A stretch of 63,327 nucleotides of DNA, the filler included, from Octopus bimaculoides (taxonomy: Eukaryota): assembly GCF_001194135.2 (NCBI RefSeq). It is 3 parts of 3 records of this genome, joined end to end, with 100 filler letters (N's around TTAATTAATTAA, not from the genome) between each part and the next. Parts side by side here need not be neighbours in the genome. Positions count along the whole stretch, not along the records: positions 1 to 22,084 come from NC_069004.1; 2 more parts are not named here. One strand, 5' to 3'. Below the pieces are notes generated by a model. It was not told the DNA's origin and searched no databases. It saw nothing but the letters and a program-made list of their open reading frames with translations. A program made the position numbers and the translations under genes. Position 1 is the first letter of the stretch. Every line of letters begins with the position of its first letter. This document shows positions 1 to 12,321 of this stretch, piece by piece.

Positions 1-77
1 AGAAGAAGAAGAAGAAGAAGAAGAAGAAGAAGAAGAAGAAGAAGAAGAAGAAGAAGAAGAAGAAGAAGAAGAAGAAA
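1..77. repeat. (AGA)n microsatellite, truncated by window start
   Basis: Perfect AGA tandem run. Confidence 0.98.
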
Positions 78-94
78 TGATAGTTCCAGGTGAA

Positions 95-132
<38 letters not shown>

Positions 133-334
133 ATAGCACTGACTCAGCTGTTGTGGTTTATGATTTGGTACGGGGAGAAGAGATAAGATCGCCCTGTGTC
201 AAGTTCACGACCCGGTTTCGATTCTCGGTTAAGGACCTTTCACCTCACTAACACCGCTAGTGCCCTTGAAAATCTCATGTTCGCCGCCTATCTTTGAGAA
301 ATCGATAATTTTTTTTCATTCGTTTCTCGACATG

Positions 335-468
335 AAGCTAAACCATTAATGGCGCATCGGATAACATGTTTAGCGACGTTTGTTCTGGATGTTTACGTTC
401 TCGGGTTCAAATTCCACCGAAATCGACTTTACCTTTTATCTTTTTCGGGGATGACTGAGTACCACTGA
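335..468 (+). mobile_element. Degenerate SINE family B copy
   Basis: B-box-like GGGTTCAAATTCC followed by TCGACTTTACCTTTTATC, matching better copies at 21698 and 31040. Confidence 0.6.
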
Positions 469-548
469 CTTTTCCTAGTGAAAATCACGTGTGTGTGCGC
501 GCGCATATGTATGTAAACACGCGTGCGCACGCGCACACACACACATAT

Positions 549-907
549 GGGCACAGGCATGGCTATGTGGTAAGAAGCATGCTTCCCAACTACATGGTTC
601 CGGGTTCAGTCCCGCTGCGTGATACCTTGGGCAAGTGCCTTCTATTATAGCCTCTGGCCGACCAAAGTCTTGTTAGTAGATTTGGTTGACGGAAACTGAA
701 AGAAGCCCGTCGTATATATGTGTGTGTCTTTGTGCTCCCATCACCGCTTGACTACCAGTGTTGGTGTGTTTACATCCCCGTAATTCAAGGGTTCAGCGAA
801 AGAATCTGATAGATTAAGTACTAGGCTTATAAAGAAGTCCTGGGGGCGATTTGTTCGACTAAAACCCCCAACGGCCGCAGTCAAATAACTGAAACAAGTA
901 AAAGAAC
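549..907 (+). mobile_element. tRNA-derived SINE family A, full length
   Basis: A-box-like TGGCTATGTGGTAAG, B-box GGTTCAGTCC, internal (TG)n, tail ending GACTGAAACAAGTAAAAG; at least 12 related copies in window. Confidence 0.9.
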
Positions 908-3900
908 ACACACACACACACACACACATACACACACAAGTAAGCACATACGTAAGCACATATATAGAAAATAAGGCGGTAAAATGGTACTCTAACAAGG
1001 GTAGAACAGTATCCTATTAGATGTCGAAAGAATCTTCACAAACTGTTAGAGTTTTACGTGACTGTTCGTGAAACAGCTGCGATGATATATGTATGTGTGT
1101 GTGTGTGTGTGTNNNNNNNNNNNNNNNNNNNNNNNNNNNNNNNNNNNNNNNNNNNNNNNNNNNNNNNNNNNNNNNNNNNNNNNNNNNNNNNNNNNNNNNN
1201 NNNNNNNNNNNNGTGTGTGCGTGTGTGCGTGTGTGTGTGCGTGTGTGTGCGTGTGTGTGCGCGCGTATGCATGGTAAAAAGCGAGACAGTGAAGAGTGTT
1301 CGGTTTTGATAGAAAATTGGCATTTAAGTCACGTCTTTAACTTTCCCCCCACACACACACACATGCTTACACATATGCATGTATGTGTGTGTGCGCGTAT
1401 GTATAGATAGACAGATACATATATATATGTATATGTATGTATGAACGCATGCGTATGTATATATATATATACACACACACACATATTAGCTGAATAACCC
1501 TCGTTTCCGGTTAATTTTCGCAATAGAATACCTTGGCGGACTTTCGGAATAACACATTCACGTAAGTTAGATTTTCCCCATTTTGACGGGGATTAGAAAA
1601 TGTTCTTTTTTCACCACACCCTAGCGAATACTGGGTAATAGGAAGCTTTTTCGTGAAAAAAAAACTCGAAAATTTATAATTCACTTCACCCCCACCCCCC
1701 ACCTCACTTAATACCAATTTTGGCCAATGTTCTTGTTTTTGCACTACGCACTCAAAACGATGAGAGAAGGCGTAAATGTTACAAATTATTTTGAAAATTA
1801 TAGTCCCTATTTCCTTTATTTTTAAACAGAAAATGAAACGTAATTTNNNNNNNNNNNNNNNNNNNNNNNNNNNNNNNNNNNNNNNNNNNNNNNNNNNNNN
1901 NNNNNNNNNNNNNNNNNNNNNNNNNNNNNNNNNNNNNNNNNNNNNNNNNNNNNNNNNNNNNNNNNNNNNNNNNNNNNNNNNNNNNNNNNNNNNNNNNNNN
2001 NNNNNNNNNNNNNNNNNNNNNNNNNNNNNNNNNNNNNNNNNNNNNNNNNNNNNNNNNNNNNNNNNNNNNNNNNNNNNNNNNNNNNNNNNNNNNNNNNNNN
2101 NNNNNNNNNNNNNNNNNNNNNNNNNNNNNNNNNNNNNNNNNNNNNNNNNNNNNNNNNNNNNNNNNNNNNNNNNNNNNNNNNNNNNNNNNNNNNNNNNNNN
2201 NNNNNNNNNNNNNNNNNNNNNNNNNNNNNNNNNNNNNNNNNNNNNNNNNNNNNNNNNNNNNNNNNNNNNNNNNNNNNNNNNNNNNNNNNNNNNNNNNNNN
2301 NNNNNNNNNNNNNNNNNNNNNNNNNNNNNNNNNNNNNNNNNNNNNNNNNNNNNNNNNNNNNNNNNNNNNNNNNNNNNNNNNNNNNNNNNNNNNNNNNNNN
2401 NNNNNNNNNNNNNNNNNNNNNNGATATGCATATATATACACATGTAGATGTAAGTATGTACATATATGTGTGTATACATGTGTATATATTCTTTGTATTA
2501 TATATATATATATATATATTCCGCCCCGTCCACTCTCCATGAACACAATTTATGGAATGGTGGTGTGTTGGTCCGTAGCTGGCATTTAAGCAACAACAAA
2601 AAAAATTATTTAAATCTTTAACCCCACTCCACATCAAGGGAGCCCACCCTCGCCGCGCGCGTGTGTAAGAAAAACAAACCTATTCACTAACAAAAAACTA
2701 TGCTATTAAAATAAATTACTTTTTACACCATTTTTTAAAAATCCCTTGCATGCACATACACACTGACACACACTCAGCGTGAGCAATGTACTTTTACAGA
2801 GAGTGAAAAAGTTTATCATAAGATAGACACAGAGAGAAAGACAGACAGACTGACAGAGACATAGACACACAGAGAAACATAGACAGACAGACAGACAGAA
2901 AGAGAGATGATGAGGATTTCCGTCGCTGTCACAGATTTTGAAATTTTAAAGATTAAGTGAAAATGTTCAAATTTGAGTTTGTGATTCATTTATTCAAGAG
3001 GTTTAAAATTTGATCATTTTTACCCAATCAGTTAAGAAGATTTGGAAGCTAAGCCTTATTGTGAGTAAACATTAGAAGCCAAGGTTTTAAACAAAAATGA
3101 AAGCTATGCTTGAGAGTAAATACATAGACTGAAAGAGTGAGTGTCAAAGTGTACGGTAAATATATATATATAGAGAGAGAGAGAGATAGTTTAATGGCAA
3201 TAAATAGAGAGTGGGAGATTTGTCGATCGAAATGTTGAGTTATTTCTCGGAGCAAATGATCTGTTTTTAATTATTATTTACGAACGACATTGTCTATGGG
3301 ATGCAAATTTCGAAAATCAGAATTGTTTTTCTCTCGGATGCACCGTTTCCCAGCCCTTTTGGGCTAAACATTCATGCATAACCACATGCTTCTGCATATA
3401 TATATATATATAAATATTAATAATAATAAAGGAGTTACGACGCAAAAACGTATAAATTCAAATGAACATATTTATCTTCTTCAATATATATTTCAGTATA
3501 AAGAATTCATTAAGAGACTTAAATCAAAATTTCTTTACACATCATTCAGGAATAAATATAACATCAGAAAAAATACATTCCGTTTAAAAACACAAACCGT
3601 TCATGGCGAAAAAGTTTCACAATTACAAAACTGCTATTTTGGTGATGATTTTTTGAGCTAGCTTTTTGTTGGTAGTTAATTTATTATATATATANNNNNN
3701 NNNNNNNNNNNNNNNNNNNNNNNNNNNNNNNNNNNNNNNNNNNNNNNNNNNNNNNNNNNNNNNNNNNNNNNNNNNNNNNNNNNNNNNNNNNNNNNNNNNN
3801 NNNNNNNNNNNNNNNNNNNNNNNNNNNNNNNNNNNNNNNNNNNNNNNNNNNNNNNNNNNNNNNNNNNNNNNNNNNNNNNNNNNNNNNNNNNNNNNNNNNN

Positions 3901-4702
3901 NNNNNNNNNNNNNNNNNNNNNNNNNNNNNNNNNNNNNNNNNNNNNNNNNNNNNNNNNNNNNNNNNNNNNNNNNNNNNNNNNNNNNNNNNNNNNNNNNNNN
4001 NNNNNNNNNNNNNNNNNNNNNNNNNNNNNNNNNNNNNNNNNNNNNNNNNNNNNNNNNNNNNNNNNNNNNNNNNNNNNNNNNNNNNNNNNNNNNNNNNNNN
4101 NNNNNNNNNNNNNNNNNNNNNNNNNNNNNNNNNNNNNNNNNNNNNNNNNNNNNNNNNNNNNNNNNNNNNNNNNNNNNNNNNNNNNNNNNNNNNNNNNNNN
4201 NNNNNNNNNNNNNNNNNNNNNNNNNNNNNNNNNNNNNNNNNNNNNNNNNNNNNNNNNNNNNNNNNNNNNNNNNNNNNNNNNNNNNNNNNNNNNNNNNNNN
4301 NNNNNNNNNNNNNNNNNNNNNNNNNNNNNNNNNNNNNNNNNNNNNNNNNNNNNNNNNNNNNNNNNNNNNNNNNNNNNNNNNNNNNNNNNNNNNNNNNNNN
4401 NNNNNNNNNNNNNNNNNNNNNNNNNNNNNNNNNNNNNNNNNNNNNNNNNNNNNNNNNNNNNNNNNNNNNNNNNNNNNNNNNNNNNNNNNNNNNNNNNNNN
4501 NNNNNNNNNNNNNNNNNNNNNNNNNNNNNNNNNNNNNNNNNNNNNNNNNNNNNNNNNNNNNNNNNNNNNNNNNNNNNNNNNNNNNNNNNNNNNNNNNNNN
4601 NNNNNNNNNNNNNNNNNNNNNNNNNNNNNNNNNNNNNNNNNNNNNNNNNNNNNNNNNNNNNNNNNNNNNNNNNNNNNNNNNNNNNNNNNTATATATATAC
4701 AA

Positions 4703-4735
<33 letters not shown>

Positions 4736-4779
4736 GGTAGGTGCTGTATATATTTTTTACTTTTTTCTCCCATTGTTTC

Positions 4780-4955
4780 TCTTTATTTACCACTGAACTC
4801 AACACGTCTTTTTTTTCATTACACTTATCCCTTTCTTGCGAAGAGCGTAGGCTCGAAACGTAAATGACTTTTCCATTTTTCCAGGGCGTAAAACTAATAC
4901 ACTTGCTTGTTGTTCTTACACCTGTCTTCGACTTTCGTCTTTCTATAAATCTGAA
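4780..4955 (+). mobile_element. Candidate Penelope-like element terminal repeat fragment
   Basis: Contains GAAGAGCGTAGGCTCGAAACGT, resembling the NGA-stem-GAAACGT motif typical of PLE terminal repeats; single copy in window, assignment from memory. Confidence 0.4.
4831..4868 (+). ncRNA. Degenerate minimal hammerhead-ribozyme-like motif
   Basis: CTTT-CTTGCGAA-GAGC(GTAG)GCTC-GAAA-CGTA-AATG: 4-bp stem II, GAAA and palindromic ACGT present, but core CTTGCGA deviates from CTGANGA. Confidence 0.35.
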
Positions 4956-4998
4956 CTATATATGTGTGTGTGTGTGTGTGTGTGTATATACACACACT

Positions 4999-5029
<31 letters not shown>

Positions 5030-5295
5030 GTAACATATGGTATAAGTATAAACGGAAAATTTTAGCCATTTCTCCGCAGATTGAAAAATAGACGAACAAC
5101 CTTAATCGATTTTTGAACCTTAGTGGATTCTCATCAGAGGCGTCTACAACATTCTGACAGTCTCCAGAGAAAAAGGCAGCCAAATTTACTCAATAAATGC
5201 ACAGTTACTGTATGAAAGAGTACCTAATTTACATACCGAAAGTGTTTAACATTCTATAGATAGCAGCAGCGACCTGTCGTGTATATATGTATATG

Positions 5296-5330
<35 letters not shown>

Positions 5331-6288
5331 NNNNNNNNNNNNNNNNNNNNNNNNNNNNNNNNNNNNNNNNNNNNNNNNNNNNNNNNNNNNNNNNNNNNNN
5401 NNNNNNNNNNNNNNNNNNNNNNNNNNNNNNNNNNNNNNNNNNNNNNNNNNNNNNNNNNNNNNNNNNNNNNNNNNNNNNNNNNNNNNNNNNNNNNNNNNNN
5501 NNNNNNNNNNNNNNNNNNNNNNNNNNNNNNNNNNNNNNNNNNNNNNNNNNNNNNNNNNNNNNNNNNNNNNNNNNNNNNNNNNNNNNNNNNNNNNNNNNNN
5601 NNNNNNNNNNNNNNNNNNNNNNNNNNNNNNNNNNNNNNNNNNNNNNNNNNNNNNNNNNNNNNNNNNNNNNNNNNNNNNNNNNNNNNNNNNNNNNNNNNNN
5701 NNNNNNNNNNNNNNNNNNNNNNNNNNNNNNNNNNNNNNNNNNNNNNNNNNNNNNNNNNNNNNNNNNNNNNNNNNNNNNNNNNNNNNNNNNNNNNNNNNNN
5801 NNNNNNNNNNNNNNNNNNNNNNNNNNNNNNNNNNNNNNNNNNNNNNNNNNNNNNNNNNNNNNNNNNNNNNNNNNNNNNNNNNNNNNNNNNNNNNNNNNNN
5901 NNNNNNNNNNNNNNNNNNNNNNNNNNNNNNNNNNNNNNNNNNNNNNNNNNNNNNNNNNNNNNNNNNNNNNNNNNNNNNNNNNNNNNNNNNNNNNNNNNNN
6001 NNNNNNNNNNNNNNNNNNNNNNNNNNNNNNNNNNNNNNNNNNNNNNNNNNNNNNNNNNNNNNNNNNNNNNNNNNNNNNNNNNNNNNNNNNNNNNNNNNNN
6101 NNNNNNNNNNNNNNNNNNNNNNNNNNNNNNNNNNNNNNNNNNNNNNNNNNNNNNNNNNNNNNNNNNNNNNNNNNNNNNNNNNNNNNNNNNNNNNNNNNNN
6201 NNNNNNNNNNNNNNNNNNNNNNNNNNNNNNNNNNNNNNNNNNNNNNNNNNNNNNNNNNNNNNNNNNNNNNNNNNNNNNNNNNNNNNNN

Positions 6289-6354
<66 letters not shown>

Positions 6355-6356
<2 letters not shown>

Positions 6357-6750
6357 AGGAGTGGGTGAGTGGTAAGTAACTTACTTACCAACCACATGAT
6401 TCCGTGTTCAGTCCCACTGCGTGGCACCGTGGGCAAATGTATTCTACTATAGCCTCGGGCTGACCAAACCGTGTGAGTGAATTTGGTAGACGGAAACTGA
6501 AAGAAGCGTAAATGTCGAATGATAGAAATGAGTGCTGTATCTTTCTGTCTGTCCCCAGTCCCCAACATCGTTTGATAACCGGTGTTAGTGTGTTTACGTG
6601 CAGGTAACTTAACGGTTCGGCAAAGAAAGCGATAGAATAAGTACCAGGCTTAAAAACAAGCCCTGAGGTCGAAATGATCGACGAAAACACTTCAAGGCGA
6701 TGCTCCAGGATGACCACAGTCAAATGACTGAGACATGCAAAAGAAGAAAA
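6355..6750 (+). mobile_element. SINE family A copy lacking the internal microsatellite
   Basis: Head and tail align to the 549-907 copy; linker is non-repetitive. Confidence 0.88.
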
Positions 6751-7184
6751 GACTATATATGTACACACACACACACACATAAACGCATATGCCATGTTTT
6801 CTCTGAGCATACATACATACAATACATGCAAGCGGAATAGTCGATGTTGCCCGGGATGAAAAATAATAATAAATGACACAGAATTGTATTTAACGAAGGT
6901 AAATCCGCTTTAATAAAATAGTGTTTGATTTCTATTTAAAAGTTAATTGTTACGACGTAAGAAATGAAATTGTTCTCCATTATGTTTGCGGCTGTCCTCT
7001 TTGTAATGAGTGCATTGTCAGGTACGTTCTTTATAGACATCGTATTTTACATAATTTAATTGTGTACGTGACAAATATCAAATTCATTCGTATTCAACAA
7101 AAAATACAGAGCAAAGTGGAAATCGAAACAATTTTATTTCATTTGAAACACACGCGCCCGTGCGTGTACGCACACTCACACACA

Positions 7185-7721
7185 CACAGGGTGACTGAAA
7201 AGTAACTCCCTATTTTGAAATGCTTATAAATTATTTATTAATTGTAATTCTTTTCTCAAATATTTTGTGTCTTTTGAAGTATGAAAATTTAATCTGTAAT
7301 CGTATTGCTTCCGTCGTTCGTGAATGGGTGAATACCCACTCCTCCGGGAGATGGATGGATCGTCGTGGTCCGCATGGGTGGCCCGCCAGGAGTTCCGACT
7401 TAACACCCTGTGACTTCCTTCTTTGGAGTTGGTTAAAGGAACAAGTCTATTGTACCAAACCAAAGGCTTTGGAAGAACTTGAGGGGCGAATACGAGAAGT
7501 TATGACTTCTTCCCTCTCACAAGAGTTTCTAGTGAAATCAGTTGACGCAATTCTTGGGCCACTCAAGAAGCTAGTGGCGACATCTGGAGCCCATATCGAA
7601 TCTTAAATAAAACCTCATACTAAAAGATTTCCTCTCATATCCATTTCTTTTGTAAAAATTACAATTGTTAAATAAATTATAAGTACTTTAAAATAGGGAG
7701 TTACTTTTCAATCACCATGTG
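7185..7721 (+). mobile_element. Internally deleted Tc1/mariner element (DD41D/rosa-like) with 65-bp TIRs
   Basis: TIRs 7185-7249 and 7657-7721 (57/65 identical), TA at 7722-7723; ORF 7220-7606 encodes GRWMDRRGPHGWPARSSDLTPCDFLLWSWLKEQVY, a transposase C-terminus with D as third catalytic residue. Confidence 0.88.
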
Positions 7722-7964
7722 TATATATAATAGTATATATGTCTANNNNNNNNNNNNNNNNNNNNNNNNNNNNNNNNNNNNNNNNNNNNNNNNNNNNNNN
7801 NNNNNNNNNNNNNNNNNNNNNNNNNNNNNNNNNNNNNNNNNNNNNNNNNNNNNNNNNNNNNNNNNNNNNNNNNNNNNNNNNNNNNNNNNNNNNNNNNNNN
7901 NNNNNNNNNNNNNNNNNNNNNNNNNNNNNNNNNNNNNNNNNNNNNNNNNNNNNNNNNNNNNNNN

Positions 7965-8124
7965 GTGTCTGTGTTTGTCTCCCAGCACTGCTTGACAACT
8001 GGTGTTGATGTGGTTACGTCCCCGTAACATAGTAGTTCGGCAAAAAAACCGACAGAATAAGTACCAGGCTCAAAAAAGGAAGTGCCGACATCGATTTGTT
8101 CGACTAGAATTTTTCAAAGCGGTG
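7965..8124 (+). mobile_element. SINE family A 3' part (5' part in gap, 3' end truncated)
   Basis: TTACGTCCCCGTAAC...TTCGGCAAAA...GAATAAGTACCAGGCT matches the family A tail. Confidence 0.8.
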
Positions 8125-8574
8125 ATAGGTTGAGGCTTTCTTGCCAATTCTCGGGTTGTGCAATGTGGGTTATTCTCAATTAATGACTTGATTTGGTCAT
8201 CATCTGTAGTGGATGGTCTGCCTGATCGCTCTTTATCAATAAGGCTACAATCTCCAGCTCGGAACCTTGTGAACCACTTCCGTACAGTTCTCACCGTAAA
8301 CTGCGCATATTTCTTTGGTTGCATGTGAAACATTTTTCCCTTTACGGAAAAAGAAAGCATCAAGTGCCGAAAATGAACTTTCTTATCTTCCATTTTAAAG
8401 GGTTACAGAATTAACACAGGTTATAGGAACATAAACCTTCTTCCATGAAAAGATAGCTTAAACTGTGCTCTCAATGGAGGTGTAGTCAAATCCTATTTTA
8501 TGGACTCAACCATGTTCTAAAATAAGTCGAAAGGTAAGCTACTATAAATCGGCACGAACTTTCGGACAACCCAA
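8122..8574 (-). mobile_element. mariner 5' fragment (TIR plus N-terminal HTH of transposase)
   Basis: Minus strand TA|TTGGGTTGTCCGAAAGTT TIR-like end; ORF 8393-8070 MEDKKVHFRHLML...VRKWFTRFRAGDCSLIDKERSGRPS...TTRELARK is a typical mariner N-terminus. Confidence 0.88.
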
Positions 8575-8597
8575 TATATATATGCACATATATATTA

Positions 8598-8805
8598 TCC
8601 TTTACATGTTTCAGTCAGTAGACTGCGGCCATGCTGGAGCACCGCCTTGAAGAATTTTAGTCGAACTTATCTACCTCATTACTTATCATTTTTGTAAAGT
8701 TTTGTTCTTCTGTTGGTATCTTTTGCCGAACTTCTAAGTTACGGCGACGTAAACACACCAACAATGGCTGTCAAGTGGGGGCAAACGCAGACACAATGAC
8801 ACACA
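8598..8805 (-). mobile_element. SINE family A 3' half
   Basis: Reverse complement of the family A tail (GACTGCGGCCATGCTGGAGCACCGCC on + strand). Confidence 0.85.
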
Positions 8806-9415
8806 GAAACGTATACTTATCTATCTACCCATATATCTATATAATTGAATAATTTGGAGTCAACAAGGAGTACGTTTGGACATTTATTTGCAATCACGAC
8901 AATTGTTTCTACGCAGCCTAGTTCTCCAGGCTTGCAAGTATTTGGCTATGTAACCGTTTCCCTGCATTATGAGATCTAGTGTTTCCTCGGGCGATATATA
9001 AATATTGTCTCCGTAAACTCAAATTCTCGGGTTCAAGAGCATCCTATCTGTCTGTCATGGCCTGCGAATCAGTAGTAGCCGCTGAGTGTATCAAGAGATA
9101 TGTTATGGTTGACGGTCTGTTAGTAAAACTGTTTAACCAATATACTGTAATCATCCAAGGAATACGGACTATGATCTTAAGAAACATACGATTCGTGGAA
9201 ACGCGCGGAGCGATGCATTATATTATTTATAAATTCCATTCAAGGATTATTATTGCTATTACTATATTTATCCTACATTATATCGACAGAGCTCGATGCG
9301 ACCCAAAAAAACTGGCATCACCAGTTAGCCTCATTAGGCTGTAGCCGGCGTAATAGTGTAGGAGTTTTTACAAACATTTAAAAGGAACTTAAAGGATATA
9401 TATATATACATATAT

Positions 9416-9489
<74 letters not shown>

Positions 9490-9973
9490 GTGTGTGTGTA
9501 TGTGTGTTGTAGGTGCGACTGCCGGTACTTTCTGCAGTGGAAACATGTGTAGGTCGTAACACCCATAGAAATATGGTGTATGAAATTATAAGATAAGAGG
9601 AAACAAATCTTGAGGATGAACAAGTCTCCATATTTTATATCGTTATAGTCATTGCTCTCTCTCTCTCTCTCTCNNNNNNNNNNNNNNNNNNNNNNNNNNN
9701 NNNNNNNNNNNNNNNNNNNNNNNNNNNNNNNNNNNNNNNNNNNNNNNNNNNNNNNNNNNNNNNNNNNNNNNNNNNNNNNNNNNNNNNNNNNNNNNNNNNN
9801 NNNNNNNNNNNNNNNNNNNNNNNNNNNNNNNNNNNNNNNNNNNNNNNNNNNNNNNNNNNNNNNNNNNNNNNNNNNNNNNNNNNNNNNNNNNNNNNNNNNN
9901 NNNNNNNNNNNNNNNNNNNNNNNNNNNNNNNNNNNNNNNNNNNNNNNNNATATATATATATATATATATATAT

Positions 9974-10120
9974 ATACGACGGGTTTGCACACAATTTCCG
10001 TCTCTCAAATTCACTCACAAAGCATCAAAGCATTAGTCGTCGGTTCACAACTGAACCCGAAATCACGAAACCACGTGGTTGCAAAGCGAGCTTCTTAATC
10101 ACAAAACCATGCACGGGCCT
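9974..10120 (-). mobile_element. SINE family A-related 5' half (variant)
   Basis: TACGACGGG...TTTCCGTC...CACTCACAA...GAACCCG...ACCACGTGGTTG matches the reverse head. Confidence 0.65.
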
Positions 10121-10496
10121 ATAGTATATATGTATGTATGCATAAGTATATGCATGTGCGTGTGCCTGCCTGTGTGTTGTGTGTGTGTATGTGTGTTGAA
10201 GTAGTTTTATTTTTAAAGCAGTTGTATGAATAACTGAATATTTACAGGCGGTATGACTCTCTGTTGACAGAAGAGTCAAATCTATTATGAAGATCAAGTT
10301 GACTGGGACTACTAGTTCCACATATCGGCTGGTTCAACCGGTTGGACAAGCTTGTAGGCCATGTGAACAAATTGGAAGGCGAAACTGCTACTTTCAGTCA
10401 GCGTTTTGTTTATAACGCACGCACGCGCGCACAAATGTTGACCGAAAGTAATGCGAAAGAGGACATAGCCCGTTGAAATTGCTCATATTGACAGAG

Positions 10497-10878
10497 TTGT
10501 TGGCACTCCGTCGCTTACGACGTCGAGGGTTCCAGTTGATCCGATCAACGGAACAGCCTGCTCGTGAAATTAACGTGCAAGTGGCTGAGCACTCCACAGA
10601 CACGTGTACCTTTAACGTAGTTCTCGGGGATATTCAGCGTGACACAGTGTGACAAGGCTGGCCCTTTGAATTACAGGCACAACAGAAACAGGAAGTAAGA
10701 GTGAGAGAAAGTTGTGGTGGAAGAGTACAGCAGGGTTCGCCACCATCCCCTTCCGGAGCCTCGTGGAGCTTTAGGTGTTTTCGCTCAATAAACACTCACA
10801 ACGCCCGGTCTGGGAATCAAAACCGCGATCTTATGACCGCGAGTCCGCTGCCCTAACTACTGGGCTATTGCGCCTCCA
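10497..10878 (-). mobile_element. tRNA-derived SINE family C, full length
   Basis: Reverse complement of 44081-44464 at high identity; tRNA-like head with A and B boxes, CAA tail. Confidence 0.93.
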
Positions 10879-10937
10879 TTTAGAGTAGCCGTCTCCTAAA
10901 GTAATTTTTCGTCCTGTTCTTCATTACAAAAGAAATA

Positions 10938-11255
10938 ATGGGTTCCAAGCAGAAGAAACGTGCTGTCATTGAGTCCTTGACAAAAGAGAAGTGCGGGCTG
11001 TCCGTCACCAACAGAAAGCTACAGTTTCTGTACGGAGATGATGCTATTGACAAGAATTGTGTACACTGGGGGGACGAAGAAGATTAAAGAAGTGAAATAC
11101 CATCAACTGTGACCAATTACACTGACCGCCAGCGAATGGAGAAAATGGTGTGGACAGACAAGTCACAGTCCGTGAATTGGATGCTCATCTGAACTGTGGT
11201 CACCCTGCATCAAAGAAAATGGTGGAAGACTTTGCGGATCGGAAAGTCTATGGTT
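10938..11255 (+). pseudogene. Internally deleted mariner transposase remnant
   Basis: 10938-11087 translates MGSKQKKRAVIESLTKEK...LQFLYGDDAIDKNCVHW (mariner HTH-like); 11170-11235 resembles the C-terminal W..CI..NGGDF motif. Confidence 0.55.
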
Positions 11256-11391
11256 AATGAGCATCTTAGTAGTTAACATTCGATTTAACCCTTTATCCGA
11301 TCCATATATTCGACTTGTTTTACGTTCAAAGTAGTCAGATGCAGCCTCTCGCACCTACCCTACAATAGGAGTAGGAGTGGTTGTATGGATA

Positions 11392-11597
11392 GGCGCGGGA
11401 GTGGCTGTGTGGTGAGAAACTTGCTTCCCAACAACATATTTCCGGGTTCAGTCCCACTGCGTGGTGCTTCATCTGGAATGTGGTCACATTGCATCAAAGA
11501 AAATGGTGAGAGACTTTGCGGATCGGAAAGTATATGTCTCGGGCCGACCCAAGCCTTGTGAGTGGATTTGGTGAACGGAAAGGGAAAGGAGCCTGTC

Positions 11598-11686
<89 letters not shown>

Positions 11687-12032
11687 CGCGCGTGCGTGCG
11701 CGCGTGCGTGCGTGTGTGTATGCATGTATGTATGTATGTATGTATGTATGCATGTATGGATGTATGTATGTATGCATGTATGCTTCTATGTATGTATGTA
11801 TGTATGTATGTATTATGTATGTATGTATGCATGTATATGCGCGTCTGTGTTTGTCCACCGTTGCTTGACAACCGTTATTGACGTGTTTACGTCCCCGAAA
11901 TCTAGCGGTTCGGCAAAAGGGACCGATAGAATAAGTACTAGCTTTACAAAGAATAAGTTTTGGGGTCGATTCGTTCGACTAAAAACAGTGCTCCAGTATG
12001 GTCGCAGTCAAATGACTGAAACAAGTAAAAAA
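11392..12032 (+). mobile_element. SINE family A with expanded internal compound microsatellite and a templated insert
   Basis: Head 11392-11600, (TG)n/(TGCG)n/(TATG)n about 11604-11840, tail to 12032. Confidence 0.9.
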
Positions 12033-12107
12033 AACAAAAGAAATCGCATCATCGAAATCTCGAAGCTACGAGATCATGCGTGATTAATTCAAAATAATGT
12101 TATTAAA

Positions 12108-12252
12108 GGCGCAGGCGTGGCTGTGTGGTAAGAAGCTTACTTCCCAACCACATGGTTCTGGGTTCAGTCCCACAGCGTGACGCCTTGGGCGAGTGCCTTC
12201 TATTATAGCTTCGGGCCGACCAATGACGGAAAGTGAAAGAAGCCAGTCGTTT

Positions 12253-12321
<69 letters not shown>

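Noticed and set aside
1485-3200. Possible Helitron/Helentron-type non-autonomous element (TAGCTGAATAACCCTCG start, GACA repeats; similar GTTGCCCGGG motif near 6845)
   Set aside because: Interrupted by gaps; no second alignable copy or defined 3' hairpin, so it cannot be supported from this window
1054-6568. Long ORFs of 220-440 aa in the track here, and similar ones at 31527-32527, 37774-38365, 39499-40160, 46240-46892 and 57005-57651
   Set aside because: They stay open only because they cross N gaps (X residues) and dinucleotide repeats
11360-12083. ORFs with HT/CV/YI/MYVC repeats
   Set aside because: Translations of (TG)n and (TATG)n microsatellites; no coding signal
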